In this document: positions 13,187 through 25,996 of the stretch, piece after piece
Layout: each line of letters begins with the position of its first letter
How positions within the stretch are numbered: position 1 is the first letter of the stretch
Assembly: GCA_973895155.1 (NCBI GenBank)
Contig: OZ316894.1
Span: 23,000,709 to 23,064,708 of the forward strand
DNA length: 64,000 nucleotides
Reading direction: 5' to 3'
From: Marsupella aquatica
Taxonomy: Eukaryota > Plantae > Marchantiophyta
Position numbers and translations under genes: made by a program
Notes under the pieces: model-generated
What the model was told of the DNA's origin: nothing
What the model saw: the letters and a program-made list of their open reading frames with translations, nothing else
Databases searched by the model: none

Positions 13187-16100
13187 ATGAGAATTTTCCA
13201 TTTTTCCTCATGGAATGTTTGCGGACTATGTAATCCGGTTTGTAAGCATGCTGTTCTTAGGTGGGCTTCCTCTTTGCGCCCACCTCTTGATGCTCTGGCT
13301 TTACAGAAGATCAAGGCTGATGGATTCAGATTGGATAGTGCTCTACGTACTATTCTACCCTCCTTGCAACACTTTTGTTCTCCCCCTGATGATGGCCGCG
13401 GCGGGACGGCTCTTCTCATTCACCCCTCTTTCAAGGTTACAACATCTGGCGTTCTTGACGGAGGAAGAGCGATTTGGATTCAGATTGAACATGATGTGGG
13501 GAATTTTGGACTGGTTAGCCTTTATGCACCCAATTCGGCTGGAGAAAGATTGCTGTTATGGAACAACTTGTTGAATGTCCTGCCTCAGGACCGCTGGATA
13601 ATTTGTGGTGACTTCAACATGACTGAGAGAAGCGAAGATTCTATTGGAGTATCCCCTCTCATCTGCGGCCGTGAGTTGGAATTTTGGCGCTTTCTCAAAA
13701 CTAAGTTTGACCTGCTAGACGCTATCTCCATCCTGGGCCAGGCTACTGGTGCGTCCTTTACTTGGCGCAGAGTTCGCAATGGTAGACTGTCCCAATCAAG
13801 ACTTGACCGCTTCTACTTCAGCGAGGCTGGCTGCTGGACCTCTGAGATTGTCGAGCTTAAACATGATGGAACATCAGCACTTTCTGATCACGACCCTGTA
13901 CTGATTACCTTTCGTCTTAATCCCTCACCTATGATTGACTCCAACAGGAGAAACGACCCTGTACTGATTACCTTTCGTCTTAATCCCTCACCTATGATTG
14001 ACTCCAACAGGAGAAGAGCGACCTACTTTAAGGCGAACCCCTTGGTACTTCAGAAGTCTGGAAATTTGGAATTATTGGCAGCTGCGTGGAAGGGGGAAGG
14101 AGCTGCTTTGACGGACCCGCATCTTCGTTTTGCTGGGGCTTTTCAAAGATTTTGGAAATGCTACATGGAGCTTCAATCTCTGCCTGTGCCTTGCGAAGAA
14201 GAATTGGCACTCCTGAAGAACAAACTTCGCCTCCTTAAAATTGCTATCATGGATGAGTACTCTCTGGGAGCTGTCCAGGATTTTTCCTTCACAGATAATT
14301 GCGTTCGCGAGCTAGAGCTTGAAGATGCACACTACTACCGGCGTCTTTCCCGAATCAACTGGCTTGGTTAGGGGGAAGAACCTTCTAAGTTCTATTTCTC
14401 ATTGGTCAAGGCAAAGCAAGTGAGAGAGACGATGGAATGCCTAATTGGAGAGGATGGCAAAGAAATTAGGGATGAAAATATGATTATCAAGGAGGTTCAG
14501 ACATTCTGTGAATCACTGTACTCTCCACCTGAACGAAGTGCTGTGGAACTTATGGAGATGAGATCTGCTCGTCGGAGGCTTTGCGAACACACTCATTTCT
14601 CCCCGTCTGCCACTGAGAACAGAAATCTAGATATGTTACCTACCTTATAGGAGGTACATGATACTCTGCTCATGCTACCCAATGACAAGGCGCCTGGAGT
14701 GGATGGTATAACCGCCGAGGTCTTGAGGGCCTCTTGGGATTTTGTGAAAGCTGATTTCTATGATATGATCTGTGCCTTTTGGAGGACTGGTCATATTTCT
14801 TATGGCATCAAGGATGGAGTGATCCGCTTTATCCCCAAAAAGACTGACAAGCGGCATCTGAGCGACTAGAGGCCGCTGACGATGCTTACCATTACCTACA
14901 AGATTTTGGCTAAGCTGCTTGCTCGACGACTGATGGTGCTGCTGCCCCGTATGATTAGTCCACAGCAGACCGGTTTCATTCCCGGTCGACACATTTTGGA
15001 GAATATCTCGCTTACTTGGTTGGCAAGCGACTGGATTGAATATACGCAGACCCCATCTCTCTTTTTGCAACTTGACTTTGAGAAAGCTTTTGATAGGGTC
15101 GACCATCTCTACATCTGGGAGACTATGAACCTTCTAGGTCTTAGTTCACATTTCATTCTCTTGGTACGGTCCCTCTTAAGCAACTCTTGCTCTAAAGTTC
15201 TCATCAACGGTCTTTGGTCTGCTGATATTCACATGTGCAGAGGAGTCCGGCAGGGGTGCCCCCTCTCCCCACTTCTATTTGCTATCTCTACTCAGCCCCT
15301 AATGGATTTCTGCCAAGCGGAGATTGTTGCTGGTCCTTTGCAGGGACTCAAAATCTCCCCTTCCTTCACCCTCTGTTTTAGGTTGTTTGCTGACAATCTG
15401 GGCCTCTTTATCCCTGCTGATGTGATAGCTTTTGAGCAAGCCAGAAGCACTATTACCTGCTATGAGTGTGCTACGGGTGCTAAACTCAACCTGGCTAAAT
15501 CAACCATCATTCCCCTGGCACTTGAAGAGATCCCTGGCTGGCTACAGGACACTGGCTGTACAATCAGCCCTGCTGGCACTGTGCAGAGATATTTGGGTGG
15601 ACCTTTTGGATCAATCTTATTGAGAAGCAACTACATTGCTTTTGCTTAGGCCGGATTAGTGCACGTCTTGCATCCTGGTCCACTCGCTTTCTTTCCTTCA
15701 CAGGTCGTCTACTGTTAATCAAGCATGTGCTTCAGGCCATCCCGGTCTATCACATGATGTTCCTACTCTCTCCCGCTGCTTTGACTAAAAAGCTGATTGC
15801 TTTAAACACAATTTTTCTGTGGGGTTCGAACCCGTTGGGTGGAAGACGCATCCCACTTGTGGCTTGGGATAAGATGACTCGACCCAAATCTGACGGTGGA
15901 CTTGGCCTAAAGGACTTCAAGAGTCACTCTGATGCCCTTCTGTGTAAGTGGTTTACTGGCGCTTTGGACCATCCTGAATCTGAATGGGCTTGCATGTTCG
16001 CGGAAAACCTTCGACTTACCAAATGGCGGAACTACAAGGCTATACGTCGAAGCTCTTACTCTATGGCTGACAAGTTGCTACTCTGTACCCCTTGTAGCTT

Positions 16101-17230
16101 TGGGAGACTTACGTATACGAATCAGTTGTGGAGTGCCTGGGAGAGAATGAGATCAAATTTGATTTTCTGTCCTACTGAGGCTGATCATATCCCTGGCCAC
16201 TGGGGATTTGAGGATACTATCCACTGTCTACAAGGATTCTACAATTTACCTGAGATCGATATTGTGCTGCTAACAAGAACATTTGGTTCTCTGGGTATCA
16301 GGAGAATTCGGGACTTCTGGTCTACAATTGATGGCACTTGGAAAAATGTTGAATTACGTCTACCTCGTCTGAGAGGCCTTACGCTTCCCAACAGGACTTT
16401 ATGCCTCTCTCTTGCTGGTGTGATTCGTGGCTCTCCCTGTGAGGGAGATGCTACTGCTACTGCTTCTCGTACCTGCATGTGGCGCTGGTTGGATCGGGTG
16501 GAGAGAATGAATTGTTTTGACTTAACAAATGCACGTGCTTATGAGTTGCTTCGCCCAAAAGGCACTGACTCCGCCCGGCTGGACCGGATCTAGGGGGAAA
16601 ATTTACCGGATGAGGATTGGAATAGAGTGTGGAACACTGTGTGGGCTTCTGACCTCTCTACCCGTGCTAAGGTCTTTCTGTGGCGGATTATTGCGCAAGG
16701 CTTGTTCTCTGGCTCCCGTGCTCTACGGATTGGCAAGTCGGATGGCTGCTGTGGCTTATGTGCTGGGACGATTGAAACTATTCCTCACATTTTCTTTTCA
16801 TGCCATCATGCTTGTTGCTGTTGGCGGGAGGTCCACGGATGGATGGAGGGTGCACTCTACGATGGATCACCAAGTTTATTCACTCTGATTTTTTCCGCTG
16901 CAGGGAAACTGCCTATTCACTCTCTTCGGATTTACACGGTTTACCAGATCCTGTGGTGCATTTGGCTAGCCCGTAATGCTCAAACTTTTGACAAAACTCG
17001 TCACAGAATCTTTGATCAATTGCATCATCTCTGAGATTTTGGACCACTTGAATGCGGTTATCACATCCACTTTGGTGCTATCTACCTCTCTGTTAAGCCG
17101 CAAACATCGACGCCTCTCAGGTGCTAAGGGACTGATAGAGACAAAATGCATCAGCATTCTCAGGAGTGGGGTTAGGAGGATTGAATCCATCCTGGATGGC
17201 GGTGTTGCAGGAGGACACCCGGCGCTTTGA
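13187..17230 (+). pseudogene. L1 ORF2 (AP endonuclease, reverse transcriptase, zf-RVT), inactivated
   Basis: SWNVCGL, GDFN, SRLDRFY, SDHDPV; KAPGVDG, QTGFIPGR, LDFEKAFDRV, GVRQGCPLSPLLF, LFADN (YADD motif mutated); ETIPHIFFSC. Several TAG stops and frameshifts. Confidence 0.93.
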
Positions 17231-19799
17231 TCCTTTTTAGGCCACAGAAGCTCTTAGTTAATGGTTTACTTAGCTGCCTTTGTGTCCTTGATCATAGGCC
17301 TACTTTATATCTTTAGGATTAGGAATTTTCGCTCTTATGCCTGCCCTTGATCTTATTACGGCATTCCGAGCTGCTTGACTACCCCCCCTTTTTTTACCCT
17401 TGCAGGCTTGGTTGACTGATGAGCCTTAGGACCATACTCCTGACAAGACATCCGTCCCCTTGCACTGGCACTATTTTGATTCTGCTTTACTCTTGAGTTG
17501 ATTAGATACAACTGTCTGAGTGCCAGTGAAAACTTGATTCTTACTAGTTTTCAACATCTGTGGGATCTGATGTCCTTGACTTTCTTGGACTCTTATGTGT
17601 CCTATCACTCTTTTGCCCTTTGTGGCTTCTGCTGCCGTTTGGCCTGCTGGTTCCCCCCGTCCGTGGGGTTCACGCGGAATAAAATAAAAAATAAAAAAAT
17701 AAAAAAATATTGCCTCCAACTTTTCTAGTGTTGTCTAGGCAATTAGATTGCTTTTGAGAAAACTACCCTTCTTAAAAGTGAGCACTATTAAACCCCGATA
17801 GGGGGGAGCTAGGCGGAGCTACGGGTACTGAGGGAGCTGAGTGTGAGGGTTGGTTACAATGGCCGTGGGCCTGCCGTGGGCTATGGTAGAAAAAAATGTG
17901 CGGAACCGAGCTCCTGCTGTGCCCTTGAACCGGCATTTTGCAATAGCTCATTCCCTGAAGCTTTCAATGGGGAAGTTCTGCAATACCAAAGTTGAGAGCG
18001 GAGGTCACTGTGGACTGACATTCAGGCCTGGGTCAAGCAAGGAGGTTGGAGTTGAAGCCGCCTATGCTTGACCTTCTCTATTTTCTCTCCCTGCCACTGC
18101 CTCTATTGTTGCTTATCATTTCCGAAGCCATTTGCTGCATGATTTTAGGTGTTCACGTGAGAGAGACCTTGAGGTCGGAGCTACAGCCAGTTGGAGGTGG
18201 TCACAATTTCCTACTAATAATCACATCCTGGGTTAGTTTTTTGCATCTCAAAGCTGTCTATCTTTTGCGCTTCTGGCCATGCTGCCTCTTCTGCCAGTGC
18301 ATGAGTCATCTTGAGGAATTGTGTATCATTTCTTCTCAGGAGGCACAAAATGAGCTTTGTACCATGGTTTCCCAAATTTCTAGCTTGTTGGGTCCATCTA
18401 GTTGCACCATACATGTAGTTGTGTCATACAGCTTTTGCATAATGTGGGAATCCATATTTTCACAGTGCTTGCTCTTGGAAACTGGGAGCCAAGAGTTTGG
18501 AGCCGGGAGCTGAGACTAAGACTTGTGACTGATTTTGGGCTCTATGATGCATGTTTCCTACTTGCAAATGAAGATTGGGGACCACTACATTGCAGAGTGC
18601 GACCTTGGAGCTACCCGTGCAGCTCCGAGTATTTGGTGCTGCATTGCTCCACCCACTAGCGGAGGCCAGGACAGTCACTACTTGCATTTCTTTGAAGCAC
18701 TTGGCACTGAAGTCTACGTGGGAGGAATGCACGGCTTCGTGACGCTGGTGGCCCCCCATTGACATTTGTGAGCAACTCCACTATGACTCGTTGAATTTTA
18801 TTTCTGTCTTTTGTGTCATTGCGCTGCATTGGTAGAATCTTTCTCTGCATACACAGTATATATAGCTCCCAGTCTTGCTCTTATGTACCGCTAGGGTGTG
18901 CCGGGCATAGACTTTGTTGCATTTTGCGGTGGGAAATCTGAGCTAGTAGTTGTGCAAAGGGGATTGTTGAGCTGAAAGGCCATCAGAATTTTTTTTGGTT
19001 GCCCCGGGTAAGTGACTGAGGTCGATCAGTTCAGTTGTTAAGTGCCCTCATGTTCCGCGACCATCTTCTTCATTCACCTTAGAGGGTAAGGTGCGGCTCC
19101 ATCATACCAAACACTTCTCGCCGTCCCAAACTGCGAAAGGCTTCTCCCATTCTCTTTGGTGCAGACGTCTCTGTGGAATGCAATGCCCTGTATGCCAGAG
19201 TTTTCATCTATTGGCATGTTAATATTTGCTCTTGGAATGATCTCGAAAGCTCCATGAGCAGTTTATGTTGAGAATTCTGTTTATGTTGTTGTTTCCGTCA
19301 TATGCAACTTGCATTTTTGAATATATGTCCTGTCATTGATGATAGAGGGTGGTTGAGATCGGTTTTCTTTCTTCTTGGTAGTGGGTTAGTGTGTTCCCAT
19401 CATGCGCCCTCCATCTAGCGCCAAAAATGTGGTGCTTCCCATGGCTCCCCAAACCCAAGAAAACTCCCTTGCTCAAGCCGATTCCCGCAGGTTTCATCCT
19501 TGGCGAGGTCATTTTTGAGGCTTAGCGGCATGGGACGCTGCTAATTCTCCTTCTACTACTATTAACATTTTACACACATATACTGGACAGATCTTTCATC
19601 GGGTCATGAGATACTTAGTCGGCCTATTCTAGGCCTTCCCTTGTATTCCTCTCCTGGTCTTCCATTAGGTATGTTTGGATTCTGTCGCCGGAATGATCCC
19701 CAATTGGCTTGGTTAAGCCGCTAAGACCTCTCTCAGCTCGACACATCCAACTCTCACTCCCTTGTTACTTCCCTTCATTGATGTGGGCACTCTTCACAC

Positions 19800-22700
19800 A
19801 AGTTAATGCGACACACAAATAGCAAAATGATTCCTTCTGACTGAGTTATACCATGCACTTGCCATACAAACAGTACATCTCATACACAAGCTCTGCGAAC
19901 TAAGTCGTGAGGCCAACTCTATTTAGTTCTTAGGCATGAGGAAACATAAATATACACAAGGGTCACTGTATAACTAACCGAGAGCTTCTCTTACTACTTG
20001 ATCCCAGTCTTGCTGGTGCAACTAAAAACTTGCTAAAAAAGAGGCCCTGAACTCCCCGCAGCCTAGGTACTTATCCTGGTTGTGGATCCGCCTGATTCCT
20101 TGCAGCGTAAGCCTAATCTACTTATCTGTAATCTACCTACCTATAATCTACCTATGTACAGCAAGGCAGGAGCACAAGTGTCGCCCTTACTCGTGGATCC
20201 ACAATCCCACTAATCTAAGTATCAGGGCCGTCTTCTGGTCTTGATCCTAATCCTAAACTTGGAGATCTGAGCTCGCCCTGCCCACTCACGCCTCCTACCT
20301 CCATGTCCGCCCTTCCTAAAAGGAACGGCGCCCTTGCACCGTCACGACACTGGTGGCGGATCCTCAATGGACGTCCCCAACGCTTCCCCCGCAGCCACTG
20401 CCGACGGTCCGTCCTCTGACAGATTACCTGCCCCAGACCGAGTCAACTGTCCATCGGCTTGACTGGGTCCACCCTTGGCTTTGGCCTCAGCATCGGTCAC
20501 GGCCTTCGATACGGCTTCGGCCTCCCCGACATGTTCTAGTGGAGGATTCGATACCTCGGACTCATCAATAGCTGTCCCGGCCTCGGCCCTGCCATCTCCA
20601 CCTTCTTCAACAGGTGGATCTACTGCCGTGACCATGCCGGAAGTTGGTGCCAGATTGACCTCTTGGGTCACAACGGCTTGGTAAGACGTATAACTCCCAG
20701 ACCCAGAAGGTTTTCGCTTCTTCTTCTTCCCTGTTTCGGTAGCTGGTCCCTTCCCTTTGCTACCTACCTCCGGCACCGGGGCTTGTGTCTCGGCTTGTCC
20801 TTCGGCCAGTACCCCTCCTGGTAACGGAGTTCCCACAATTGGATTTGGACTAGATGAAGCCAAGCATTAAAATACTGCGGCTTGTTTCTTTAGCCGCTCC
20901 GTTTGGTTGTCGGCCCGCCGCTGTAGGTTCTCCATCTTCCTCGTGATTTCCTCCAACTCCTCCTGGGTCTCGTCCAGGTCCTTGCACGCCTCCTCCAGCT
21001 CCTTTTTGGTTTCCTCCAATTCTTTCTTTAAGGTAGCCCTCTCCTCCTGGGTTGCTCTTAGCTCCTTGTCGAGCTCTGCTACGACCTCAGACTCCATCTT
21101 ATTCATCTTGGCATAAGTCCGGTCGAGCTGGTCGTCTTTCTCACGGAGGTCGGCCTTGAAGCTGGCCTTCAAGGACGCAAGCTCCTGCTGCAGCACAATA
21201 ATCCCTTGATAGGATTTCCCTAACTCGGCCTCCTTTTGCTCAAGGGCTCCGCGGATATCCTCGAGTTCCCCCTTTAATGCCCTCTCCCTTCTCTGGTTCT
21301 CCGCCATGGCCCGATTGTTGGTTGCTAAGTGGGCCTCCTCTACATCCCTTAGCTCCCGCTTCCATTTCTCTTTTTCCTTGACTGCGCCGGCCAACTCTCC
21401 TTGGGTCCGAGTCAGTTTATCTTTGATAATCTGATTGTCAGACTGAGCGGTATCCAACTGCCCCTGCATGATGTTTAGCTCATGTCGCTTGATCCGCAAG
21501 TCATCTTGGGCTTTCCTGGCCACCTGCAGGACTTCCACCTCGGCTTCCTTCTCCCTAAGCCGTCGGATGACCTCGTCCTTCTTGCTTCTCTCCAAAGCCA
21601 CCGCTTCTTCTAATCGGTGCTTCTCCAACCTCTCCCTCTAGTAGAAAGGTCCCTGCTCCAACTCCTCCCCAAAGATGTTGAGCGCCAGGTCCCCACACAT
21701 CTCCCCGTACTCCATGGCTCTATCTTTAGCATAGGTGGAGTAAGTAGAAGTCATCGGCATCAACCACCTCGGCCTCTGTTCCCAAGCTGCCTTGCGGATT
21801 TCTTCTACGGTGGCAAGAGGGTTGCTTCTTTTTTTGGCAAGCCGCCTGATGTCCTCTGGCCAATCTCCTCCCGGTAAATCTTTCTCCCTAGCCAAGGCTG
21901 CCCTCTCTTCCTCCGTGAGTCGCTCTTGAAAATCTTGTGCCGTCTGCTTTATGCCGTCAAAGCTCGGGGGAGCAACCTCGGGTGGGGGAGACTCGGGGCT
22001 ACTCTGCTGGGTGGGGTCCCCTCGAACTACTCTTGGAAGCGTGGGGATAAATCGGCCATAGGTCCTTACCGCAACATGATGATCCAACCCATAGCCGGAG
22101 TTATCATTGCTGTAGTCCTCCACCGCCTCCTCCACTGCTTGGACTCCCTGCTTCCCCCTCTGTTCCCCTGGTCCTGCCGTGAAAATGGCCTCACAGACCA
22201 CGGGCTCTTGTTCCTCCTCTGGGTTCCAGGCTATCCTCTCCCTCTGCTCTTCGTGGGAAGGAGCCTTAGGCTGCTCTGCCTTCGATTCGGGGCTTGAGGC
22301 TCCCACATACATTTGCACTCCCGGCTTGTGTTCCGGCCTCCTTCTCTCCTTGGCTCCGGTAAAGGGGTTTTCCCTCCTGAGTCGGCTTAGGCCGGCCTTT
22401 GGGGCAGTGTCCTGTACCGGTGCCGTTGCCGTTGCTGGTGCCGTTCTCTCCTTCTCCAGCATTTTCAGCAGATTTTGCATGCCTGATTGCTGCATCGGCA
22501 AGTCTTCTTTCCTTGGCCGAAACACCTGCTCGATCGTAGGACTGGCAGGCTGGTTGGGCTCTTCTATTGCCGGCCTCTGCTCTGGAACCTCCTCCGGTGC
22601 CCTTGCCGATAGGGGAAGTACTGGGGCAAAGATTTGACTTCTGGCATACTGGCACAACAGCGGCATGTGATAGCCAAGCCAAGACACGCTTCCCACGCCG

Positions 22701-24159
22701 ATCACCTGCTGTTCCTCCTTCAAGATCTTCTTCAGTTGGTTGAGGAGGTACCCGTTGTAATCCTGGCTTGGGTCTGGCCTTTCTGCCAGGTAGACCTGAG
22801 CCTTGCCGATCTCTGCCCTTGGCAAGTTACAATGCATGGTCACCCGCAAGAAATCGATCATCTCTCCGATGTGCGGGTTGGTGCAGTATTCCGGAAGAAG
22901 CCATTCTTCGTTGATGGTCCTGGGAACGACCGGAACTCCTTATCAGGTAAGGTCTTCCTGGTATCAACCTTGGTCTTATTACCCATCGGCTAGCCAAACA
23001 CCTTGGCAATCACCCTAGGAGTGAGATAGAAATCCTTTCCATACACCCTCGTGGAGTTCGTCTTGGGTTCCCATGATCTCACAAATTCTAATAAATCTGA
23101 GTCCGGCACCTTCGGCTTCAGCCATGGTAATCTTACGAAGGCTTCCAAGCCAGATTCGGCCATGAAGCCCTGGTACTTCTTGGTCTGCATGGCCGTAAAG
23201 CATGCATCCTCCTCCCGTGCAAAATGTAATTGCACTTCCTCTGGTAGGATCGCCGCCCAGCCTTTCCAGGTGTCATCCTGTGTTGGAATGGCATTGATGG
23301 GATCGACCTCCTCCTCTTCGGCTTCTCCCTACCTCCTGTTTTGCTGCTCTACTGGCTTCCTTGGTGCCGCCGACCTTGTTCTTTTTGCCGGGGTGGCCTC
23401 TTCGTTGTTGTTTCCTTTCCTCTTCATCTCGGCTGCCGTGGATGTTTCTCCTAGCACAGTTGCCTCCATCCACCCCTCCGTGCTACCCTTCAACTCCCAG
23501 TGCGCGTCATTGCAGCGGTTGATGGCTTCTCAAATGCCGACGATTTTGTCTTCGCAAAACAGAAGGTCATCAAGCTAATTGGCAGTAGGAGTCCATAAGA
23601 ACTTGGCCTTAATGAATTCTCCTCCTAAGAAGGCAAACTTCTGCAGCTCCCACACTCGAGCGAGCTCTTGCCATTCTCGAGCTGCTCTCTCCAATTCTTC
23701 ATCCTTGTAAGTCCTAACGTACTCAGTTGCCCGTTCGAACAGGCATCCCCAAAAATGTGCTGCTTGATTGACGTTGCTCATACCCTCCTTGAGTCGATCG
23801 TTGGTATCTGCTCCAGCCCAGAGTGCTTGCCTAAGCAACTGATAGTAGTTAGCCTTCCGTAGTTGTCTGCCCAGTTCGTGCTTGCAAATGAGCCACCATT
23901 CCTTGCGAGCGGTCCTTACCCCTCTCCTCCTCTGGTCTTTCCTCCCGTTGGTTACCCCTAGCCGCCGATGCTTAGCGCGCCCTAACCCTAATCGTGTTAT
24001 CTCCCCCGACGTCCTTTCTTCCAGTCTCGGCCCGGGTTCCATAGTCACCCTTAATTGTTTATATTTTCCTTGTCTTGTTACTATACTAAGGTGTTTCCAG
24101 GGTACACCCCTGCTTTTACCATGTAAACCGGCCTAGTGATTCCTGGCTAGGCATCACAC
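19800..24159 (-). mobile_element. Unclassified 4.36-kb insertion bounded by a TCACAC direct repeat (possibly LTR-retrotransposon derived)
   Basis: TCACAC at 19794-19799 and 24154-24159. GC-richer than flanks. Terminal hairpin GCCTAG-N10-CTAGGC at 24131-24152. One long minus-strand ORF. Confidence 0.65.
20342..24048 (-). pseudogene. ~1200-aa ORF with a plant-transposon accessory-type domain and a long coiled coil; several stops and one frameshift
   Basis: ORFs 23575-24048 and 22990-23235 share a frame; 21638-22861, 20867-21628 and 20342-20863 share a second frame; frameshift near 22890. LEFVRSW...VYGKDFYLTPRVIAKVFG resembles retrotransposon accessory-ORF domains. Heptad E/K/L-rich coiled coil at 20867-21628. 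Confidence 0.7.
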
Positions 24160-24713
24160 CTTTTCTTGAAAGATCCTTAATGTGAACACAGTCTATACTT
24201 TGATTATGAGTATGACTGAGTGCTGCAATTTGCTTCATGTTGCATCCACTCTTTAGTTTCCAACTATTTTATGGACGAGTTTCATGCCAGTCTGCCTACA
24301 CTCCTGCTCATTCACTCTTGCAAGCCCGCTTGCAAGCTCTATTTTGAATCCTACTCTGAATTTTCTGCTACTAAGATGTCTTCTTTTGAATAGCATACAC
24401 CAGAAGTAAGCAATAGTGGAGGTTGTACTGCACATCAACACATCCAGTGAACTACCTCTCTGCTGCTCACTGTAGGGTGAGACTTTCACTCTTTCTGGAT
24501 ATTGTAGTTTGTAAGCAAGTTGATTAGGAGTGTTTCATGCTATGTTTATACTGTGACCCCTAGCTGGAACCAATGGAATGACACAGTGAGTGGGAACTGA
24601 TAATTTAAGGTTGGTTGCTGTTGGTGAGGCAAGTACAGCTCCTGCTCACCTTGCTGATCGAAGGTGCTTATCAGAGGACGTGAACACACGTCATCTCCAC
24701 AAAAGCAACACTT

Positions 24714-25820
24714 ATGGTGAGGACCCGCAACGCTGAACATGTGCGGCTTGCACGCAAGGCAGAGATGTTGCGCCTTGAGTATGTTAGACTTGGGATCCTT
24801 CCAGCCCAGTCTGCATGGTATTTTGAGTACCCTGTTGTTGCCAGGAACAACTACAGCCGGCCTGTACCTGCCTCTCCACCACTCCCAACATCCTTGGTAA
24901 TTTTGTCTCTCATACATGACCCGCCACAAATTAGGGCCCAAGGGTGTGTGCATAGTTGCCAATATGACTGTCCTACCTCTAGGAAACGTACAAAGGTTGA
25001 CAACCCGCTTCTGTTGGCTGGAATCAAAGCCATTTTGATTCCTGGCCACTATGGGTTCACCCAAGTGAGTTGGCCAATCGTACAAAAATGATTCTCAGAG
25101 TTCCATGGGACTAAAGTCAAGGATATCACTCCACAGACTACACATGTTATTGCGGGGACATGGTTGGATGTGATGAACAAGTGGTCATGGTCCTTCATTG
25201 ATTCTGCCATTACCAACCAAGGTCTAAAAGTGGTTGAAGTCTCTTGGTTGACTGATTCTGTTAAACATAGGTGTGTACAGAGTACTGAGCAATATGAGTT
25301 GTGGGAGAGTGAGGAGGCCACTGCAGAGGCTTTGGCTGAAAAGGAAGCCTATGAAGCAGCGGCAGAGAAACCCAACTTTGCTTTTGTCCAAAATGGACCT
25401 GTTGTCAACATAGGACACCATCCTATGCGTGCAGATGCTATATTGAATGAGCATGGCAACGAGAGAAATACCATTATGAAGGGGTTCAGTGTGGTATTTG
25501 CAGAAGAGGGAATTGGGGAGACTAAGTGCAGACTGTACAAGTCCATAGTTGTTGAGCTAGGTGGGACAGTGGAGGAGAGTCTAACAGAAACCTCTACTCA
25601 TGTTGTAGGTCTGTCATACATGAAAATATGCAGAAAATTCTTTAAGACAATAGTGCATCATTTTGTCATGAACAACAATCTTTGGGTGCTTTCCCCTGAT
25701 TGGCTTCTGGAATCAGCAGCGAGAGGGAAGCGACAGAATGCTTGGGACTTTGATATTTTTGAGGCCTGGCCCTCCAAGATTCAGCGGAGATGTATGCTTA
25801 GCAATGGTGGGAGAGAGTGA
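24714..25820 (+). pseudogene. Intronless tandem-BRCT-domain gene carried by the CACTA; one in-frame stop (25089-25091)
   Basis: BRCT1: FHGTKVKDITPQTTHVI...LKVVEVSWLTDSVKHRCVQSTEQY. BRCT2: LGGTVEESLTETSTHVV...VLSPDWLLESAARGKRQNAWDF. ORFs 24714-25091 and 25164-25820 are in frame. Confidence 0.8.
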
Positions 25821-25996
25821 GGAGTAGGAGTCCCTCATATTTTTGTATAAATCACAATTTTGTAATAAATGTGATGCTTGAACTAACTCATCTTGTCATG
25901 GCTGGTCGCAGTTGAAGTGATTGTTGTTTCCTATTGCGTGGGGTGTGACTGTGAATCTACTTGCTGGGCTCTATTTGGCTGAAGACTTTGGTGGGT

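Larger units (their letters stand above)
10175..17705 (+). mobile_element. Full-length L1-clade LINE nested in the CACTA
   Basis: 17-bp TSD AATATTGCCTCCAACTT at 10158-10174 and 17706-17722. A-rich (TAAAA)n tail. ORF1 and ORF2 present. Confidence 0.95.
19441..24589 (+). pseudogene. Decayed intronless accessory ORF of unknown function inside the CACTA, split by the 19800-24159 insertion
   Basis: Frame MAPQTQENSLAQ...LLLPFIDVGTLH|TFS*KILNVNTVYTLIMS...GTNGMTQ joins in frame once the insert is removed. Internal stops are compatible with CGA/CAG/CAA C>T decay. Confidence 0.4.

Noticed and set aside
17720-17730. TTTTCTAGTG just after the L1 TSD as a CACTA end
   Set aside because: Only 8 bp match; no subterminal repeats and no partner TSD.
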